DNA of 60,962 nt. Origin: Gammaproteobacteria bacterium (GTDB taxonomy: Bacteria > Pseudomonadota > Gammaproteobacteria > UBA12402). Of this stretch, positions 43,155-52,554 are shown piece by piece. Within the stretch, counting starts at the first letter, position 1. Each line of letters begins with the position of its first letter. The notes under the pieces are model-generated. The model saw only the letters and a program-made list of their open reading frames with translations, did not search any database and had not been told where the DNA came from. The stretch spans positions 1 to 60,962 of the forward strand of contig JAHJDF010000092.1 of NCBI GenBank assembly GCA_018812595.1, read 5' to 3'. The position numbers were made by a program, and so were the translations under genes.

Positions 43155-46100
43155 ATGCAACAGCCCTATTCCAACCAAGAATTGATACAACGTTTTAAAG
43201 AAAGCATGACTTTTTTAAAACAACATCACTTCTCTGAAAAAGAGAAAAAGACGCCTTTTTTCAATAGGCCTTGGTACCTCATCATCGGCAAAACAGGCGT
43301 AGGAAAAACATCAATCCTCAAAAACTCAGGGCTAAAATTTTCACTAGAAAGAAAAATTGATGCTTCAGAAACCTCCTTCCAAACACATCTCTTTGATTGG
43401 TGGGTATCAAAAAACGCCCTCATTATGGATGTCTCTGGAACATATTATGAAGAAAACGATGAGCAATACGCGCTACTGCTTAAATTACTGAAGAAAAATT
43501 GCTACAAAAAAACATTAGCCGGCATCATGGTTGTTTTAGAAATTGATGATTTGCTCCAATTCGAAGAAAACACTATTCAAACGCTTAAAAAACAAATTTC
43601 TCTCATCAAAAAAATATGCGGAAAACAAACCCCTTTCTATCTCCTAATAAACAAATTGGATCATCTAAACGGCTTCTTTGAATTCTTCGACGATTCCAGC
43701 TTGGATGAACGTTCTCAGATTTGCGGGTTCCCATTGCGCCAAAAAGGCAAGATAGAGCATCAACTTAACCCATATTTTTCCTCTCTCACTCAAAATATTT
43801 ATGACCAATTGGTTTGGAGATTGAGAAACGAACCGGACACAAACAAAAGGGCGCTTATCAATGATTTTCCTCAACAAATCGTTCAACTGCACCCGCAGTT
43901 ACACCGTTTTCTAAAGAATCTACAAAAGAACAAGCTTCTAGAATCAATCAAAGGACTTTATCTCACATCTGCGCTTTCGTGTTCTTTGAACACAATTACA
44001 AATCAAGAAGAAAAAGCGTTAACCGCTTTATGGGTCAACCCATACCCAAATACCCAAAGAGCCTTTTTTATTCATGACTTGCTCGAAAAGAAAATTTTCT
44101 CAAACGAGCCTTATGCCTTATCAAAAACCTCACGCAAATTACGCACCATCGGTTTAAGCGCCACGATCTTGTTCCTCATTACCGTTTCATTATTAACCGT
44201 AGCCTATCTGTTTTATGCCTTTAAAAATGAGATGTCCCGACTGAACAACATTGAAGAACAAATGCTTGCAGCTCAAGCCACACTACAAACCAACGCATCA
44301 AATCAGACGTACTCGCTCCCCAAAATATTAAAAATCCTGAATCAACTGGAAACAAACGAATTGCAGATAAATCACAAACACTTGCTGCTCAACCCTCTCA
44401 ACAAATCTGCGCAACTCAAACAAAAAATGCTTCTGACGCACCAGCAATTGATCAATAAAAGCCTATTACCAACGCTTTCTAATCTGTTTTCACAAGCATT
44501 AACAAAAAAGGATTTATCCAATGATTCGTTGTATTGCGCATTAGCAAGCTATTTGATGCTGACCACACAAACCAATTTCGACCCCGCTTATATTGTTCTT
44601 TCCTTGCAAAATATCTTTGGTGATCGTTTTTCCACGGAAACCTATTCTGAATTGTTAATCGCCCTTCAAAAAAGCACAGAAACCAAAAATGCTCCACAAG
44701 CCATAAATACTTCCCGAGTACGAGCTGCACAAGACCGTTTAAAAGCGCTGTCACCAAAAGAACTAGCCACCATTATATTGAACAACGAAACTCCCAATAA
44801 TCGATTGCTCTCGCTTAACCTCAAAACCAACGAAACAGCAGCCTCCGTGCTAACGTTTATTAATTACGACACCGCCATTTCCAGCATGTTCACTCGGCAA
44901 GCTTTTCAGTTCATCGAACCGCAAATGATTCATGCAACGGCAGATGCCGCACTGAATGGGAATTGGGTGATTGGAGAGATAGACACAAAACATAAAGCAT
45001 CAGAAAAACAAGTGGCCACATTCGAGGAAGAATTAAGCCAAATGTACAAACTAAATTATGCAGATGCTTGGTTGCAATTTATTAACAACATTCAGATGGT
45101 TAATTACACCAATATCCATCAACTAAAAGCTGCTCTAGATACCCTAACAAGCGATGAATCACCACTCCTACAATTGATCGGAATTATTCAAGACAATCTG
45201 GTTTCCCCAGTTGCTTCCATGAATCCAAAGCTACAAGCGTTAAAAAATATCCCAACTGACGATGACAACAACCAAGCCTCTGTCGCCCATCTTAAAAATG
45301 TCTTAACTGCATTGAATGCATACATCAGTCCATTAACAAACTCAGATCATTCCGATCAAACGGCTTTTCAATTAGCCAGCTACCGCATGAGAAATCATGG
45401 GAAGAATGACCCCATCGAACAGTTGTTACAGATTTCTCAACTGTACCCAAACCCTATAAAAACATGGATTTACAACCTGGGGATGAATGCATGGCAGCTC
45501 ATCTTGTTTCAAACGGAAAACTATTTAAATACGGCCTGGCAAACGACTATTTTTCCTCAATACAAAGCGCAGTTAGCCAATCGTTTTCCTTTTCAAATAA
45601 GCAGCAGCAATGAAGTCTCTTTAGATAGTTTCAAATACTTTTTTGCAACGAATGGATTATTCAACGTCTTTCTAACCCATAACCTAGCGCCTTTTATCGA
45701 TACAAGTGAAATGCCCTGGAAATTAAAAAATATGGACGGAATCACACTAGCTATTTCTAACAATGCACTACAAGCCTTGGAAAAGGCATACGAAATACAA
45801 CATCTCTTCTTTTCTGGATCTCAAAACTTACACATCCCATTCACGGTACAACCCGCCCAAATGAGTGACTCTATTCAAAACATGACAATTGCTATCGGCA
45901 ATCAAAGCGCAGATTTCCAAAACACATCTCCTAACACCGCCAAATCATTCTTTTGGCCAGACGATATGAATGCAAATTTCGTAAAAGTGACTCTGACGGA
46001 CCAAAAGAAAAATAAGACCATTTGGTTAAAAACAGGCCCCTGGGCATGGTTAAAAATTCTGAATCAAGGAAAAGTAATGAAAAAAGAAAATAATCAATTC

Positions 46101-46220
46101 ACAATTTCCATCGAAAAAAATCAAAAACAAGTCGATCTGGTCATTAACACAACGGATCATCCGTATCCCTTTGACCTCGAAAACCTTTTCAACTTCAAAT
46201 TACCAGAGCAATTTTCTTAA
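43155..46220 (+). CDS. icmF: Dot/Icm protein IcmF (TssM family)
   Basis: 1021 aa. It has a Walker A motif after PWYLIIG (GKTGVGKTS), a TM segment around aa 330-355 and a large periplasmic C-terminal region. It is paired with icmH. Confidence 0.85.
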   Translation: MQQPYSNQELIQRFKESMTFLKQHHFSEKEKKTPFFNRPWYLIIGKTGVGKTSILKNSGLKFSLERKIDASETSFQTHLFDWWVSKNALIMDVSGTYYEENDEQYALLLKLLKKNCYKKTLAGIMVVLEIDDLLQFEENTIQTLKKQISLIKKICGKQTPFYLLINKLDHLNGFFEFFDDSSLDERSQICGFPLRQKGKIEHQLNPYFSSLTQNIYDQLVWRLRNEPDTNKRALINDFPQQIVQLHPQLHRFLKNLQKNKLLESIKGLYLTSALSCSLNTITNQEEKALTALWVNPYPNTQRAFFIHDLLEKKIFSNEPYALSKTSRKLRTIGLSATILFLITVSLLTVAYLFYAFKNEMSRLNNIEEQMLAAQATLQTNASNQTYSLPKILKILNQLETNELQINHKHLLLNPLNKSAQLKQKMLLTHQQLINKSLLPTLSNLFSQALTKKDLSNDSLYCALASYLMLTTQTNFDPAYIVLSLQNIFGDRFSTETYSELLIALQKSTETKNAPQAINTSRVRAAQDRLKALSPKELATIILNNETPNNRLLSLNLKTNETAASVLTFINYDTAISSMFTRQAFQFIEPQMIHATADAALNGNWVIGEIDTKHKASEKQVATFEEELSQMYKLNYADAWLQFINNIQMVNYTNIHQLKAALDTLTSDESPLLQLIGIIQDNLVSPVASMNPKLQALKNIPTDDDNNQASVAHLKNVLTALNAYISPLTNSDHSDQTAFQLASYRMRNHGKNDPIEQLLQISQLYPNPIKTWIYNLGMNAWQLILFQTENYLNTAWQTTIFPQYKAQLANRFPFQISSSNEVSLDSFKYFFATNGLFNVFLTHNLAPFIDTSEMPWKLKNMDGITLAISNNALQALEKAYEIQHLFFSGSQNLHIPFTVQPAQMSDSIQNMTIAIGNQSADFQNTSPNTAKSFFWPDDMNANFVKVTLTDQKKNKTIWLKTGPWAWLKILNQGKVMKKENNQFTISIEKNQKQVDLVINTTDHPYPFDLENLFNFKLPEQFS

Positions 46221-46222
46221 GC

Positions 46223-46243
46223 AGGGGTTGCTCTTTAACCCCT
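46223..46243 (+). terminator. Hairpin after icmF
   Basis: AGGGGTT-gctcttt-AACCCCT is followed by TTAAAAA. It starts 3 nt after the icmF stop. Confidence 0.45.
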
Positions 46244-46274
46244 TTAAAAACAAGTACCTATCTTCAAACATCCT

Positions 46275-46376
46275 CCTCGCGAAAGATTAAGGATCCAGCT
46301 ACCCGTCATTCCTAGCTGCGAAGGGGATCCAGAATTTATATATTTTCTGGATTTCCGCTTCCGCTAGGAATGACGG
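46275..46376. repeat. REP-like palindromic element cluster
   Basis: …AAGGATCCAG, GTCATTCCTAGCTGCGAAGGGGATCCAG ... CTGGATTTCCGCTTCCGCTAGGAATGAC. Confidence 0.85.
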
Positions 46377-46531
46377 AAGAAACAAGCTGAACTTTCATTA
46401 GGGCATTTTTTTCTTCGCATGTAGAATGCGCGCCGCTATTGATACGCTAGTTCGGTGCTTCTCATTTCTAGACTGTTTCCGCCCTTCCGTAATTTCTTAG
46501 CATTTTTGTAATTGTAATAAAGGTAAAAACA

Positions 46532-46873
46532 ATGAACCCAAAGAAAATCTATGTGGGAAATCTTTCCTACAGCACAACTGGCGAAGACTTGAACGAGTTT
46601 TTTAGCCAATACGGAACGATTTCAGAAGTGAAATTAATTTCTGACTTCGAAGGCCGCTCAAAAGGTTTTGGATTTATCACTTTCGAGACCGAAGAAGGAG
46701 CACAGAGTTCACTGCAAGCGAATGATGTAGACCTGCAAGGGCGAAAACTGAAAGTCAATATCGCGCGAGACAAGCCAGCAAGCGACGGCGCTAGCCGTGG
46801 TGGTCGTGGTGGTCGCGGCGGCAGCAGCAGCGGCGGCGGTCGTTTTGGAGGATTCCACGGCGGTAATAGATAA
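46532..46873 (+). CDS. RRM-domain RNA-binding protein with an Arg/Gly-rich (RGG) tail
   Basis: RNP-2 is IYVGNL and RNP-1 is KGFGFITF. The C-terminus is RGGRGGRGGSSSGGGRFGGFHGG. Confidence 0.85.
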   Translation: MNPKKIYVGNLSYSTTGEDLNEFFSQYGTISEVKLISDFEGRSKGFGFITFETEEGAQSSLQANDVDLQGRKLKVNIARDKPASDGASRGGRGGRGGSSSGGGRFGGFHGGNR

Positions 46874-46884
46874 TCTCTGAACGT

Positions 46885-46908
46885 AGAGACGCGATTTATC
46901 GCGTCTCT
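46885..46908. terminator. Perfect 10-bp hairpin between the convergent RRM and mscK-like genes
   Basis: AGAGACGCGA-ttta-TCGCGTCTCT. It overlaps the last codons of the minus-strand channel gene. Related copies lie at 42281 and 60812. Confidence 0.5.
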
Positions 46909-49226
46909 ATCCCTTTCTCTCGTTTTTCCACATGCACCCAATCACGGATATGAACATCCTGTTGCGGGAATGCGATCTCAATCTTGTTTTCTTTAAATGC
47001 TTTGTCCACTGCAAAATTCAATTCGCTCATCACGGTATAACGCAAATTCACATTCCGAATCGCACAATAGAGATTAAAGTTCAACACACTGTCTCCAAAT
47101 CCAGAAAACAAAACGCACGGTTGATTTGTATTATCATCGGTAATCACTTCTGCATGCTGAAATGCAACCTCTAATAAAACTTTTTTGACCAACTCAACAT
47201 CGCTCCCATAAGCCACACCCACACTAACCTGCGCTGTTCCAATAAAATCCTTAAACATGTAATTAGTCACTTGCCCGGTCAAGATCTCTGAATTTGGAAC
47301 AATTAAATCAGACCGCTGCAACGTCCTAATCTGTGTGGAACGAATACGAATCTTTTTCACAAACCCTTCAGTCCCACCAATAGAAACACGGTCCCCCGGC
47401 TTAATTGGTTTCTCAATCAAAAGAATCAGCCCTGAAACAAAATTGTTCACAATGCCTTGCAGACCGAAACCAACACCAACGGAAAGAGCACCCGCGATAA
47501 TAGTTAGCCCTTCAAAATTCACACCGGCAATCAGTAATGCAACCAATAAAACAATCGCAATGCCGACATACCCAATAATAGAAGACAGGGCTTGTTGAGA
47601 TGCTTTTTCAACACTGAGGTTGGTACGCGTTTCGATGAAATTACACAGCCAGCGAATCACCAACGACATAAAAATAAAGAATAAAAAGCCGGATAAAATC
47701 CGAGAAGGAATCAGACCCATGCCCGCAACTTTAAATCCGTTCAATAGCGCGTTTGTTAATGCCGCAAAATGCAATTTCGACATTCCCCAAACTTTGAACA
47801 AGATAAGAATAAAGCCACCCCAAATAAGCAAAAAACCTATGGCATACAGCGTTAACACCTCAGGAGGCGCCACATGTTGTTTAAACCCGATGAATCGCCT
47901 AAAACTTTCAATCACTTCAGAATGACCATGAACAAATAAATGCAATGATCCAAAAACGATTTTGTATAACACCCACGCAATAAACAGATAGATCAATGTA
48001 ACCGTCACGCTTACTAATAAATAATTTACAAGAACCTGATAACCCAACCATTCGGCAATCAAAATGGTTAAAAGAAAGGCTGTTAACAGGGAACTAATAA
48101 ACAGCCTCAAAACAATGTGTTGCCCTAATATTTTTGGAACACGGTTCACCAACCACAAAACACTAATAAGACCGATCGCAAAAATAGTAATAAACACAGT
48201 ACGAGCAACATCAATAATCAAGAGAGGAAAATGTTGATCATTGAATAACACGTAAATAACGGCGCTGATCAAAATAAAATGAGCAAGCAATTTCAGCCTT
48301 GTAAACAAAGCCGTTGAAATATCTTTAGACAATCCACAAAGAGGAGGCAATGTATTCAGTGGCAAAAAGAAAAATCGAATCAAAACCAAAGAGATGCTGT
48401 AACAGAAACAGAGATAACTCGCGGCCATCAAATCGGTAAACTGTTTTAGCAACAAACCTTCGACGCTTGTCACAAGAGACAACAGAACCGACCCCAATAA
48501 CAAAATGTCATACCGCGCTATAGAGTCGATAAACGTGATTTTCAATTGATCCGTAACGGAGCTGATCTTCTTTGTATCAACATATTGGTAAGCAATTTTC
48601 TTTAATCTCAATCCAAAAAATAAAAACACAATAAAAAAAGATACAAATACGATTAAAGACCATGAGCCCGCAAATTGTTTCCACCCGCTGCTCTTAAGAA
48701 ACAGTTGCAAATCAAAAGAGGATTGGATTTGTGTGGCTAACTTTTTGATAGATAGAAGCGTTGAGAAAAAGGTTGGCTTTACTTCCAACAAACCAGCAGC
48801 TGTTAATTCTTGTATCTTCGAACTATAACCAGCCATTACTTCTTTAGTTTGTAACGATAATAATGCGCATTCTGATTGACGAGACGTTAATTCATCTCTT
48901 TTGTCTTGTAGGTATTTTTGAACCGAGGTCAAAGGAACATTTGCCTTTTCTGGCTTGACGTCTTCCCATAGTTTATTGAGCTCAGCGATATTTGTTGTTG
49001 CATGATCAGCACACTGTTTTGCCTGAGCCTGAAGACCCGTTAATTGATTTATTCCTTCCTGGAGCACTTTGCTGTTCAACTCTTTTGAATCAAGATCCGT
49101 TTTTAACTGCTCGAGTTTTTGATTTGCTGCCTGAACATCAAATTTCGAGCCATTCGTTACAGCGCCGAAACCAACAGCCGAAACACATAAAAGAGAAAGG
49201 AAAAGAAACCCTTTAAAAAACTTCAT
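46896..49226 (-). CDS. Mechanosensitive ion channel, MscK/KefA-like (MscS family)
   Basis: It has a signal peptide and a periplasmic coiled coil, about 11 TM segments, and the MscS core LSVGVGFGLQGIVNNFVSGLILLIEKPIKPGDRV...IRSTQIRT. The start is chosen at MKFFKG (49226). Confidence 0.85.
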   Translation of the reverse strand: MKFFKGFLFLSLLCVSAVGFGAVTNGSKFDVQAANQKLEQLKTDLDSKELNSKVLQEGINQLTGLQAQAKQCADHATTNIAELNKLWEDVKPEKANVPLTSVQKYLQDKRDELTSRQSECALLSLQTKEVMAGYSSKIQELTAAGLLEVKPTFFSTLLSIKKLATQIQSSFDLQLFLKSSGWKQFAGSWSLIVFVSFFIVFLFFGLRLKKIAYQYVDTKKISSVTDQLKITFIDSIARYDILLLGSVLLSLVTSVEGLLLKQFTDLMAASYLCFCYSISLVLIRFFFLPLNTLPPLCGLSKDISTALFTRLKLLAHFILISAVIYVLFNDQHFPLLIIDVARTVFITIFAIGLISVLWLVNRVPKILGQHIVLRLFISSLLTAFLLTILIAEWLGYQVLVNYLLVSVTVTLIYLFIAWVLYKIVFGSLHLFVHGHSEVIESFRRFIGFKQHVAPPEVLTLYAIGFLLIWGGFILILFKVWGMSKLHFAALTNALLNGFKVAGMGLIPSRILSGFLFFIFMSLVIRWLCNFIETRTNLSVEKASQQALSSIIGYVGIAIVLLVALLIAGVNFEGLTIIAGALSVGVGFGLQGIVNNFVSGLILLIEKPIKPGDRVSIGGTEGFVKKIRIRSTQIRTLQRSDLIVPNSEILTGQVTNYMFKDFIGTAQVSVGVAYGSDVELVKKVLLEVAFQHAEVITDDNTNQPCVLFSGFGDSVLNFNLYCAIRNVNLRYTVMSELNFAVDKAFKENKIEIAFPQQDVHIRDWVHVEKREKGIETR

Positions 49227-49465
49227 ATTCAAGACCCTGACTGGTTGCCAAAAAGGCTGGAAATTACACATAAAGATCCATGATGCAAGAGTGAAATGTT
49301 GTTTTCAGAAATTCTCACAAAACCCAAATGGTTGTATCCATCTGTAGCAACCGTATCACCATGCCTAGCTGCAGCGAACAGACCATCCATTTCCGCGCAG
49401 ATAATGGGCCTGTTGCAATCCGAATTTTTCGAGAAATTTTTGACGCGTAATTTATTGTTTTTTTT

Positions 49466-49514
49466 GGATCCCCGCTTTCGCGGGGATGACGAAACAGGCG
49501 GATTACGACACGCC
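49466..49514. repeat. REP-like palindrome with terminal module
   Basis: GGATCCCCGCTTTCGCGGGGATGAC-gaaaca-GGCGGATTACGACACGCC. Compare 2939-2967 and 60785-60800. Confidence 0.85.
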
Positions 49515-49642
49515 AATAATGTGTAAAAATACGATAAATAATCGCTAAAACAGAGAAGTATTGGAGGCTCAGCCCCCTTCTATCTTTTTCAAAATGCTTC
49601 GACTATTCTTTATTTTCTCTCTCTATTAAGGCCAAAAATGAT

Positions 49643-50602
49643 ATGAATCAAGAACCTAAAAAAACAGCCTCACACACCATTTCGTCTGCTCACATAAAAA
49701 AATGGAGATTGATATTTTGTTTCGCTGCATTTGTTTTATGCATCGCAGGACTTCTATGGATGGGCGGGCGTGATCTGATAACCGCTAATTCATTGCAATC
49801 TCAAAATGCCCAGATGACGTCACAAATACAAAACATGACGACAATGCTTCAAAAACAGCAAGATTCAATCACCGCTAACCAAAACGACATTCAGCAACTA
49901 CAGAACTTATCGAATCAAAACAGTTGGCGATTAGCAGAGGTAAACTACTTGATTCAATCGGCCAACATCACGTTGCAATATAAAAAAGATATTCCAACCG
50001 CCATTCAATTACTTCAAGCAGCCAATCATCAATTAACGCATGCACTGATGACAGATGACGTTGTCGCATTACAAAAAATGCTGAAAGCTAAAATCAATGA
50101 ACTGCAGAATGCTCCAAAAATAGACACCGTTACTCTTTATATACGCATTCAAAAATTGATTGATAACGCCGATACATTGACCCTGAGCAAACTAAAATTT
50201 CCCAAAAAACCATTGACAGAAAAAACCTTAAAAAACATACCTGCCTGGAAAGCAGCATTGCTAAAAAGTTGGGACAAAATCAGGAGCGTTTTAATCATTC
50301 AACGTCACAAAGCAAAAGTTGTGCTGCCGTTTGATGATCAACAAAAATTACTCTTTGTGATGAATATCAAGATGTTACTCACACAAGCCCAGTGGGCTGC
50401 TTTACAGCAAGAATCAACAATCTTTGAGACCAGCATAAGCCAAGCAATCCTCTTATTGGATCGGTACGCTTTTCAGTTAAACAACACACAACAGATGATT
50501 AAAGAATTACGTGCGTTGAAAAAAATTAGCTTAAATCGTGATGTACCAACGATGACGGATTTATTAATGACGTTGCAGAAAACAACGACAGCAAACACTT
50601 AA
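49643..50602 (+). CDS. hemX: HemX-like membrane protein
   Basis: It has an N-terminal TM segment, a Q-rich coiled coil, and then WRLAEVNYLIQSANITLQ...AIQLLQAANHQL, typical of HemX. It lies upstream of hemY. Confidence 0.7.
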   Translation: MNQEPKKTASHTISSAHIKKWRLIFCFAAFVLCIAGLLWMGGRDLITANSLQSQNAQMTSQIQNMTTMLQKQQDSITANQNDIQQLQNLSNQNSWRLAEVNYLIQSANITLQYKKDIPTAIQLLQAANHQLTHALMTDDVVALQKMLKAKINELQNAPKIDTVTLYIRIQKLIDNADTLTLSKLKFPKKPLTEKTLKNIPAWKAALLKSWDKIRSVLIIQRHKAKVVLPFDDQQKLLFVMNIKMLLTQAQWAALQQESTIFETSISQAILLLDRYAFQLNNTQQMIKELRALKKISLNRDVPTMTDLLMTLQKTTTANT

Positions 50603-50663
50603 AGGAAACGATAAGTTCTGCGCCATTCAAACGCGGACTAACTACCTTATAAGAGGAACGATC

Positions 50664-51842
50664 ATGCGGATTATCTTTTACTTTCTAATTCTCATTGCGG
50701 CGTTACTCGCTGGCATCGCTCTAAAAACAAACCCCGGCTATGTCTTAATCGCATACTCCCACTGGACTGCAGAAATGCCTTTATGGCTTGCTCTCGTCAT
50801 CATCGTTGGCGGTTTTTTGCTTTGGTATGTCATCGCCAAAATTTTCTCGACCATTCATCACTCATTCGCCTACTGGAGCAATTGGAGAAAAGAACGCGTA
50901 CGAAAAAAGAACATGCTTTTGTTTCAACAAGGCCTCCTAAATTTATATACAGGCTGTTGGAAACGCGCAGAAAAAATGTTGGTCCAAAGCGTTCAACTAA
51001 GCGACATACCTATGGCGCATTATCTAGGAGCAACTCAAGCTGCTAGTGCCCTCGGCTGTTATGACCGCGCGGCAAAATACATTCAAAAAATTAAGACAAT
51101 CGAAGCGGGAGAAATATTCATCGACATCGTGCACGCCCAAACATTATTGGCTCAAGAACAATATGAACTCGCGCTGAAACTACTAGAAAAAATCCGTATG
51201 CGAAACACGAAGCAATCTTGCGTATTGAAATTGCTCCAAGAGACTTATGAAAAACTAGATCGCTGGCGAGCGTTGATCGGGTTACTTCCTACTTTGAAGA
51301 AATACGAATTGCTCAATAAAGAACAAGCCCGTGCCTATGAAATCAAACTCTATTGCTCCTTATTTTCGAGCAAGCAACTCTCCGAAAACGACATCAAACA
51401 AACCTGGAAAAACGCGCCTCGCGAGTTGAGAAAACAATCAAATGTACTATTTTCTTACTGTTCAAAGCTGTTAGAGATGAATGAAGACGATGAAGCCATT
51501 GAACTATTGGCTCGTCACCTTTCAAATTTTTGGGACGATCAGTTGTGTGCACTGTATGGAAACATCGGCGCAACCGATCTAAAAAAACAGCTAAAGATTG
51601 CTGAAAAATGGTTTAACAAACAGCAAAGCAACCCAGTACTGTTATTAACACTCGCGAAAATAGCTGGCGCGCAAGGGGAATGGAAAAAAGCAGAAAAGTA
51701 TTTGTTGGCGAGTTTACAGCTCAAAGAAACGCCCCAGACCTACGCTTTACTGGGATTAGTGTATGAACGCTTGGGAAACATTGCAGAATCTTTAAAAGCT
51801 TACAGACACGCATCTGAAAACTTGATTAATACAACCACTTAA
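50664..51842 (+). CDS. hemY: HemY-like TPR membrane protein
   Basis: It has two N-terminal TM segments in the HemY_N pattern (…NPGYVLIAYSHWTAEMPLW…) followed by TPR-like helical repeats. Confidence 0.72.
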   Translation: MRIIFYFLILIAALLAGIALKTNPGYVLIAYSHWTAEMPLWLALVIIVGGFLLWYVIAKIFSTIHHSFAYWSNWRKERVRKKNMLLFQQGLLNLYTGCWKRAEKMLVQSVQLSDIPMAHYLGATQAASALGCYDRAAKYIQKIKTIEAGEIFIDIVHAQTLLAQEQYELALKLLEKIRMRNTKQSCVLKLLQETYEKLDRWRALIGLLPTLKKYELLNKEQARAYEIKLYCSLFSSKQLSENDIKQTWKNAPRELRKQSNVLFSYCSKLLEMNEDDEAIELLARHLSNFWDDQLCALYGNIGATDLKKQLKIAEKWFNKQQSNPVLLLTLAKIAGAQGEWKKAEKYLLASLQLKETPQTYALLGLVYERLGNIAESLKAYRHASENLINTTT

Positions 51843-51858
51843 ACAAACGGGGACTGTT

Positions 51859-52359
51859 ATGACTGTTAGAAAAATATTGTTTTATCCCAATGAGCGTCTG
51901 CGAAAAAAAGCAGAACCGGTTGAAAAAATAGATGATAAAGAGATCCAACAACTGATCGATGACATGTTTGAAACTATGTATGAATTCCAAGGCGGAGGAT
52001 TAGCTGCTACTCAAATCGACGTGCATAAACAAATCATTGTCATGGATCCAGACAAATCTCAAAAACTCGTGCTAATTAACCCAGAGATCGTGGAAAAATC
52101 CGGCTCATCTAAATACGAAGAAGGCTGTTTATCGCTCCCCGGGGTCTCTGCAGTCGTGCAACGTTTCGAACACGTAAAAGTCAAAGCATTGGATAGAAAT
52201 GGCAAACCATTCGAAATCGAGTCAACGGGCGATTATTTAGCCGCTTGTTTACAACACGAGATCGATCACTTGCACGGTACGTTATATATTGATCATGTTT
52301 CCCCGTTGAAACGCACATTGCTCATCAAAAAAATGAAAAAAATCATGAAAATGATGTAA
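51859..52359 (+). CDS. def: Peptide deformylase
   Basis: The three motifs are GGLAATQI, EGCLSLPG and HEIDHLHG. 166 aa. Confidence 0.95.
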   Translation: MTVRKILFYPNERLRKKAEPVEKIDDKEIQQLIDDMFETMYEFQGGGLAATQIDVHKQIIVMDPDKSQKLVLINPEIVEKSGSSKYEEGCLSLPGVSAVVQRFEHVKVKALDRNGKPFEIESTGDYLAACLQHEIDHLHGTLYIDHVSPLKRTLLIKKMKKIMKMM

Positions 52360-52402
52360 CACGCTGTTGCCATTCTTGGCTTCTTGTTGGGATCCAACTA
52401 AC

Positions 52403-52528
52403 GTCATCCCCGCGAAGGCTGGGATCCAGTCCTTCGTCATCCCCGCGAAGGCGGGGATCCAGTCCTTCGTCATCCCCGCGAAGGCGGGGATCCAGTCCTT
52501 CGTCATCCCCGCGAAGGCGGGGATCCAG
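52403..52528. repeat. Tandem array of 4 REP palindromes (33-nt period) between def and fmt
   Basis: GTCATCCCCGCGAAGGCGGGGATCCAGTCCTTC occurs at 52403, 52436, 52469 and 52502. The first copy has one substitution. Confidence 0.95.
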
Positions 52529-52554
52529 TAATAAATTCAAATAAGGAGCCTACC

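Noticed and set aside
7698-46220. Possibility that the T4SS block is an integrative conjugative element or plasmid-derived tra region
   Set aside because: No integrase, relaxase, transposase or att-like duplication is visible. The adaptor genes icmS, icmW and icmQ, which are typical of effector-translocating Dot/Icm systems, are present. Housekeeping genes are interleaved.
52403-52528. Possible CRISPR array (regularly spaced 27-nt palindromes)
   Set aside because: The spacers are the identical 6-nt linker TCCTTC in every unit. There are no unique spacers, no leader and no cas genes, so this is a tandem REP array.
52282-52540. Track ORFs 52282-52506 (-) and 52343-52540 (-), with DWIPAFAGMTK and LDPRLRGDDEG repeats
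   Set aside because: They are encoded entirely by the 4 x 33-nt REP tandem between def and fmt, so they are spurious.
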